The notes below the pieces were generated by a model, which worked only from the letters and a program-made list of their open reading frames with translations, was not told the DNA's origin and did not search any database. Positions 50,801 through 57,288 of a stretch of 57,288 nucleotides of DNA are shown here, piece by piece (the stretch's first letter is position 1; each line of letters opens with the position of its first letter). A program made the position numbers and the translations under genes. This DNA is from Reclinomonas americana ATCC 50394 (taxonomy: Eukaryota): contig PS015014.1 in assembly GCA_048213135.1 (NCBI GenBank), positions 1 to 57,288 of the forward strand, written 5' to 3'.

Positions 50801-53800
50801 GCCCACATTCAACTCGCGCCACGCTTGATCCGGTAAGAATTCTGTTTGGGTGGAAAATTTGTGTTTTCTTACTGCTATTTGTCTCATTCCATGTGCATTC
50901 GTGTCAGGCTACACGAAGTGCTGGTGCGACGAGTGATGCCAAACTACATGCGCTCCACGGCCGGTCCTCGTTTGCTGGTGCGCCTGGTCCAGTTGATTAC
51001 CGAGGCTGTCGGCAACGGGTTCAGTCTGCGCGAAGCGACCAACCTTGCAGCGTCATCAATCTACGCCCCCGAGCCTGGTCTCTCGGCAGCGGTGTCGCAG
51101 GCCGTCGACGAAGTTCTCTTTGTGGAGGCTGGTGACGCACACATGCAAGAAAGACTGCAACCAGTGTGGTTGAGTCGTCTGTACGACATGATGGCCGAGT
51201 CTGCTGTGTCACGCACACTGCGGTCGGTGGCGCCTCTCACCAGCGTGCCGGAAGCCGACTGGCAGCTGATTAGCACTGCCGCTATGCGCGTTGCCGTCGA
51301 GTGTGCCACGACTGGCGAAACCAATCTCCGTGCCGCGTTGTTGGACAGCGCGACGCTGGCCACGTCGAGTTCGCTCACCCGCGTGCTTGTTGCGTGTCGC
51401 TTTTTTTTCACTGCTTCCATCTGTGTCGGAGTCTCACGTTGCCTCTTGTGTTTTCGTCTTGGTTCGCAGTTGGACGGCGGTGCTGCATTGTTGCACACGG
51501 TGGCGCAGCATCCACTGCGACAGTGGGTCGACGAGACGCTCGACGAGATCCTGTCCGCGGTCGGTGCTGAGGGCCAGTTGCGTGCACTCGCTTCCACCGC
51601 CCACTACACTCTCTGCACAATGGCTAACTCAAGAGTGCACGCACACGCACACACATATACGTACATGCAGGTGGTCTGGCCAGTTGTCGCTGCGTGGCGT
51701 CGAGTGGTTGTCGTTGCAAGAGCACATTGCGCGCCGAGCTGCATGTGCGCCACACGTGCGACAACTCTGGCAGCGCTACACCAACAGTCGGAGTGCCTGT
51801 CTGCTACTCGTCTCGCGACTTGTGNNNNNNNNNNNNNNNNNNNNGCACAACTGGGAGGGCACACGCGCACAGCATGACATCTTGCAGATCGTGCATTTGC
51901 GCACCGGCACCCAGGCGACCATTCGACTCCGCACCGCTGCTCAGCGCACCACCGGCGTGCATCCACAAGCTGTCACGGGTGGTGCACAGAACCTGCAGCG
52001 TGCTGCTGACGCCGCCGTCGAAGCCGTCAATCACCGCTGGTGTCGACAGGCACAAACCGAGAAGTTCATCAATCTGCTGCAAGACAACTCCCAGCGCCGG
52101 AGCCGGTGTGTGTGCGAGCTGCTCGGCACAGCGTACGTCGCGGCTGCAGAGACGAGCCAGCGCGGCCAGCACCACATTGTCGTAGGCCAGCGCCGTGCGG
52201 CTGACGTCACGGAAGCGCAGTTCTTCCAGACGCGACTGNNNNNNNNNNNNNNNNNNNNTCCTGCGATGCCGTGGCGTGCTGTCTGCCACACTCTCCCCGG
52301 ACCAGTGGTGAGTTTTTGCGCGCGTGTGTGTGCGTGTACCTATCTTCCATGCCACACCTCACACTTGGACGCAACTGCAGGACTGCTTTCCACGCGGCAT
52401 TCGACGCGTCGCTGGGTGCGGTGGCTCGTCTGCAGGAGTCTCTGTTTGGGCGTGCCGGACTCGACATGTCGCGAACTCGATTCCGCAAGCAACTGGGACA
52501 GCCGTCGCCGGCATCCTCAGCCGAGCTGCGCCGATGTGTCGCCGAGGTGTCGGCGTCCGAGGTGCAGTGGTGAGTTGTTCCCCCTTACCCCACGACAGCA
52601 TTTCTTTTTTTTTGTAGTTTGCGTCGTGCCTCAACGCGCACCTGATGCAGGAGCCAATCGGCACAAAGTGTTGACTTGGTGTTGCTGGAAGCGCAACTGG
52701 GCGACTCTGCTTTCCGCTCGCTGATGCTGCAGTCACTGGCCACGGCGCAAGTGCTGGCGCTCGACAAGTTCCGCGACGATTCGGCGGGCGAGGCGGTGCT
52801 GCGTGCTCTCCGCGACACTGTGCAGCGTGCTGCCGGGCGTTCGGCGGTGCAGTCTGTCGAGACACTGACGCCTTCTCGCCGTGCCGAAAGAATCAATGAC
52901 GCGTGTTCGGCACTGCGGTCGCGGCTCTGTGCCCGTGCTCTGAACATGCAGCAGCAAGCCGTGCTGCTTGCGCAGTTGCACTCGGCGGTGCTTCTCGATG
53001 CACTCGAGGACCGAAGCGCATCGTTGCCCGGCTCGGACGCGATGCTGCGCTCACGCATGGCCACTGTGTCGGCTGTGGTTGACGAGGCGTGCGAGTTGTC
53101 GACCCGCAACCCCGCCGAACTCGCATCGTTGCAAGTACTGCGGTGGCACGGCGAGCAACTGGCCGCAGTCAGCAGTGTGCGTGGCAAGTCGCTGAGTCAC
53201 GCCGACTGGCTCACACTGCTGCTGCACGTGCGCCGTGCCTGGTTCGAGAACTACTGGGACCAGTCGCCGTCGTCAGAAACTGCTGCGCAGGTTGGTGTTC
53301 TTATTTGTTGTCGACTACTACTACTTTGTGAACATGCACACTGACGACGGAGATGATGTGCAGTTGTTGGTTGGCAATCGATTCGTGGACAAGCGGTACA
53401 ACGATGTGGGGCCTGGTTTCTCTCTACGGCTGGCTTTTGGTAGTCTTGCCACGTGGTTCACCACGCCGCTTCGCAACGTGGCGGCGGTGACTCGTGAATT
53501 TGGCGGCATGGCAACGAGCATCATGCGCTTCCGGTCGGCTGCCGCAAACCATGCCGCCTTTGCCGACATGCTCACCGCCACGACTCTGCTGGCCGAGGCA
53601 CATTTGAGTATGCTCGGTGCCTGGAGCCCCAAGCAGCGCGCCAGTGTTGGTGAGTGTTCTCCTCTCTTCTCGCTTCACGCGCGGTCAGCTCCAGATTCGT
53701 TTACACGCACCCGCACCCGCATGTGCAGGAATGGCGCACAGCACACTTGTGCGTGAGACCGGGACGGTGTACGGCACCCTGCTGCAATCATTGCAGGGAA

Positions 53801-56800
53801 GCCAAGGAAATGGAGCCTCGTGCGAGGAGCTCGGCCAGTTGCTGCTCCGCGTTGTGGCGCAGCTGACAGACGTGGATGCGGGAGATGTTGATCGTGGAGC
53901 AATTGAGTTCGTCAGCACCATGATGAAGCGACACGTGGCTCCTGCTGTTGCCGCACTGCGTTTGGCACTGTCGCTTGTCGCGCGCCCCAGCTGCACACCA
54001 CGTGATGTCGCCTGGATGCAGATTCACATTGGTCGACTGTGGGCTCACACCGGCATGCTGCGCTTCCACATGCTGATTCCGTCGCATCCGGTGGATCCGC
54101 TGCGCAAGCGCGCTCTCCGCCTCTCACAGTTGGTGTCTGCTCGCGGCGAAGTCGCCGTGCTGGACCGTCTGCTCGGTGCCATCTCGCAGTTGGAGAATGG
54201 CACACTGTGGCACGCCGATGCGGACGAACTCGGCCGCACTTCGCACCTGCTGGCACAGCAAGTGGACGAGGTACAACGCAAGCTCGTCGTGCGTGGCGAT
54301 GGCGCCTCGGTGCGCTTCCCCGATCTGTACCGCGACCTGCACCAGTTCGCGGCAGCCAACATGGATGCGAGTCGCTTCCACACGTTGCTGGAGGGCTTCC
54401 AGCAAGCCATGTCTGGCGCTGCTGGTTCGTGCCTCTCTCTGTTGTCTGTATCTTCGTTGTCACTGCTCATACAGTGGGGTCGACATGCACAGGCAGTGCG
54501 CCTCGTGCCGAAGAGGAGGTGTGGCAGGACAGCGTATGGACCGGTTTGCGCCGCATTCAGGCGCGCTATCCGGAGTTCGGCGACATTGTGGAGCCTCTCT
54601 GCGCAGCTGTGCTGGATTGCAAGCATGGTGTGCGCATGGTGGCGTCAGCAGATCGCGCCGTACACGCAGCGTCGGCATTGCTCCCGCTCGTCACTGTGCC
54701 GCTGATTAAGAGTGTCGAACACGGTTCGTTCGTGGTGATCTCTGCGTGAACTCTCGTGGTCAAGAAATCTTTATTAATGCTGGTGCCGCGCAGATCGCTA
54801 CGAGGCCATGCTTGCACTCGTGTCGGACCTGGTGGAGCGACGTGTTCATCTGGAAAATCTGAGCGTGTTCCCGTGGGCCTTTGTGCGTCTCACCGAGGTT
54901 GTGCGCGTCTTGCGTCGCTCCACGCTGTCGTGTCGGCGAACCGAAACCGAGGCTGTGTGCCGGCTGGTGCGTGTGTTTGCCGATGCTATTGAACACGTGG
55001 CCGGCACATACGAGGAGGAGGAACAACGGCGGCGTGATCAGCGACGAATGCACGGAATGCTGGACGGACTCAAGGGCAAGCCTGAGGAAGAGAAGGAGAA
55101 GACCGCGGAGGAAATCGAACAGGAGGAGGTGAGTGTGCGCTGGCGGTGTTGCCTTGGTGTGTCGTAAATCTCACGTTGTGGGTGGTGTGTCGCCCAGATT
55201 GCTGTGCATTTCCCGTCGTTCGAGGCCGAGTTCCAGCAGCTGCTGATCCCACGCGAGGAGCGCGATGAAGACGATTCTGCGGCTGCTCGCTCGATGCCCG
55301 TTGAGCAGTTGGCAAGAAACGTGCGTCTGACGCTGACGCAGCTCGACGAGGCCCTGGCACAATTTGCTCGGCTCTTTGTGGCTCACTTCTCGGCACCGAC
55401 CGAGTCGCCGCCACCGACAACTGTTGGTGAGTGGTGTGCTGCACTGCTCTGTGCAAACGACACTCATTTCTCGTTTCCGTGCAGCAGCAGCAGCGGCGGT
55501 GGACAAGCACGCGGATGCACTCGACGTGCGAGCGCTCACCGTGTTGCAGTTGTACGCGCGAGGAGACTATCTGTCTGTGTTCGCGCAGCTTGACGTGGAA
55601 TCGCTGCGCCAGGTCGAAACGCGTGCCTCGCACATGTGCACCACTCTCGTCCATCAGCTCACTCAGGCGCCGTCGACGCAAGTGGAGTCGTCTTCTTTTT
55701 CCGTCGATGGTGCGTTACAGATCACACAGATGGTGGCGCTGCCAGCAGGCCAAACACAAAACTCATGCATCTTCTATTTGTTCCAGCCATGTACGACATT
55801 TACCGCGACTCGAACATTGCCGAGGCGAAGTTGGTCATTGAACCGCTGAACAAGCTCATGGATCGCATCCGTGAACTGCTGGCCGAGTATCCCGACAATG
55901 CCATTCTGCTCATGCTGGAGGATCTGTGTCGATGCGTCCTCGGGTCGCCACTCAATGGGCCTGTGATGCGTTTGGTGCACGGTGTGGAGACTCTGCTGAC
56001 CAAGGCGCTGGAATGGTGTGTGTGTTGTCGCTGTTGTCTCTGCAGCTATCTCCTCGTCGTCGTCACTCAATGCTGGGGATTTCTTTGTGCGTTCGCGCAT
56101 CAGGGAGTCATACGCAGCCAAGCATGTGTCATTGGCCGCGCAACTGGATTCGCTGAGCAAGCTGGTTCTGCGTTGGCGTCGACTTGAGCTGCACTCGTGG
56201 CAAGGCTTGTTGCATCGCACCGAGAGGGAGCACGAGCGGCAGGCCCTCTTGTGGTGGAAGCGTCTGTTTGATGTGACGAACGCCGCCGGCGCCAGTAGCA
56301 CAGCCGCTGCCAGCGTTGATGGCGGTGACGAGGAAATGCGGGACGACAGCGGTGCCGCTGCCGCAGCTGCTGGCTCGGCTGGCCCTTCACGACTCATGTC
56401 GATGTTCCAGCTGGTGGAGGAGTTTATGCAGACCAGCACGGTGGGCCAGTTTGCCGTTCGTCTGCACATGCTGCAGTCCATGTCGCAATACTTGCGACTG
56501 GCTCTCGATGGCGCTGGTCAGCAGGACAGCGACTTGTCGACGGAGCTGCGGTCGAAGATCACAGTGCTCGACAATGTCGTCCAATTCTATCAGCTCTTTG
56601 CGCCCATTGTGGAGGAACACTTGCGGGTTCGTTTCCTCGCATTTTCTCTCTTCTCTCATGAATGCGAGTTTCTCACCATTGTATTTGTGTTTGGATCATC
56701 TCCAGAATGCCCAGGCACCGCTGTCAAAGCAGGTGCGAGAGCAGGGTCAACTCGTGCGGTGGAACGACTCGACGTACTACACACTGCGAAACAGCTCGCA

Positions 56801-57288
56801 AAAGGCACACCGCATCCTCACCAAGCTGGCGCGCAAGTACAAGGAGACGCTGGTGACCGCTGTACGGCCATTCTACGAGTCGTACTCGCTGGCTGCACAA
56901 TACGCCAAAGTGGAGGCAGTGGCTGTCGGCAAGCGGCGGTCACGACGTCGGCGGCAGACGGCGGCGGCGGCATCGGAAGACGTCATGGCGGCTGCGCAGC
57001 GTCGTGCGTACGAAAAAGCCGTGCTGGCAACGTTGTTCCGTGGTGGGCGTGTCGAACACCTGGGCGACGCGCTCGCACGACTGTCTGGCCTCGGTGACAT
57101 CCTCTCCCGTCTCCCCCAGTTCGTGGTGAAGGCGGCCAAGAAGTGCAACAAGCTTGTCACCACCGGTCAGCTGCGTGCCATTGCAGAGGCGTGTACGGAG
57201 ACGGTGGACGATCTGGCCGTGAGCGTGATCACCAGGTTTGGCGCATACGTCTTTGTGTGCAGTTGTCCACGCCCGCGTTATTCTCATG
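41880..57288 (+). CDS. MDN1: Midasin (Rea1) AAA ATPase, 3' end beyond window
   Basis: Tandem AAA modules: GPGGSGKT, EPVLLTGETGTGKT, QGPTSSGKT, GETGCGKT, EGSPGVGKT, WVVLENANLCNPTVLDRLNSLFE; linker motifs YDIYRDSN, WRRLELHSW, STVGQFAVRL. Confidence 0.97.

Noticed and set aside
1-57288. Alternative genetic code or stop readthrough
   Set aside because: In-frame stops in the conserved genes all fall in removable introns; TAA, TAG and TGA each terminate modelled genes.
1-57288. Prokaryotic operon, CRISPR array, prophage or transposon
   Set aside because: Spliceosomal introns occur throughout; I saw no repeat-spacer array, transposase, reverse transcriptase or terminal repeats.

Overview
Gene-dense, GC-rich, intron-rich eukaryotic nuclear DNA (most introns about 60-100 nt, CTVAC-like branch points, CA/GA microsatellites, many 20-N gaps), most likely from a flagellated aerobic protist. 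Manual exon stitching supports an NSS/SLC6 transporter, a Nudix hydrolase, RLP24, a saposin/Canopy-like HEEL protein, COX5B, TBCC, a hotdog acyl-CoA thioesterase, LRRIQ1, INTS1, nuclear-encoded CcmE, Inturned and midasin (MDN1, truncated at the window end), plus several unknown proteins. The main unexpected signal is a common second class of intron donor shifted by one nucleotide (GTTGCGT/GTTTCGT/GTTGAGT/GTTGTGT instead of GTGCGT/GTTCGT/GTGAGT/GTGTGT). I counted about 30 by eye; several are forced by protein conservation, and most follow an exon that does not end in G. Four small gap-bounded contigs at three loci appear inverted, and flipping them repairs the genes. All gene models and family calls were made by eye from recalled motifs, with no searches or RNA data.
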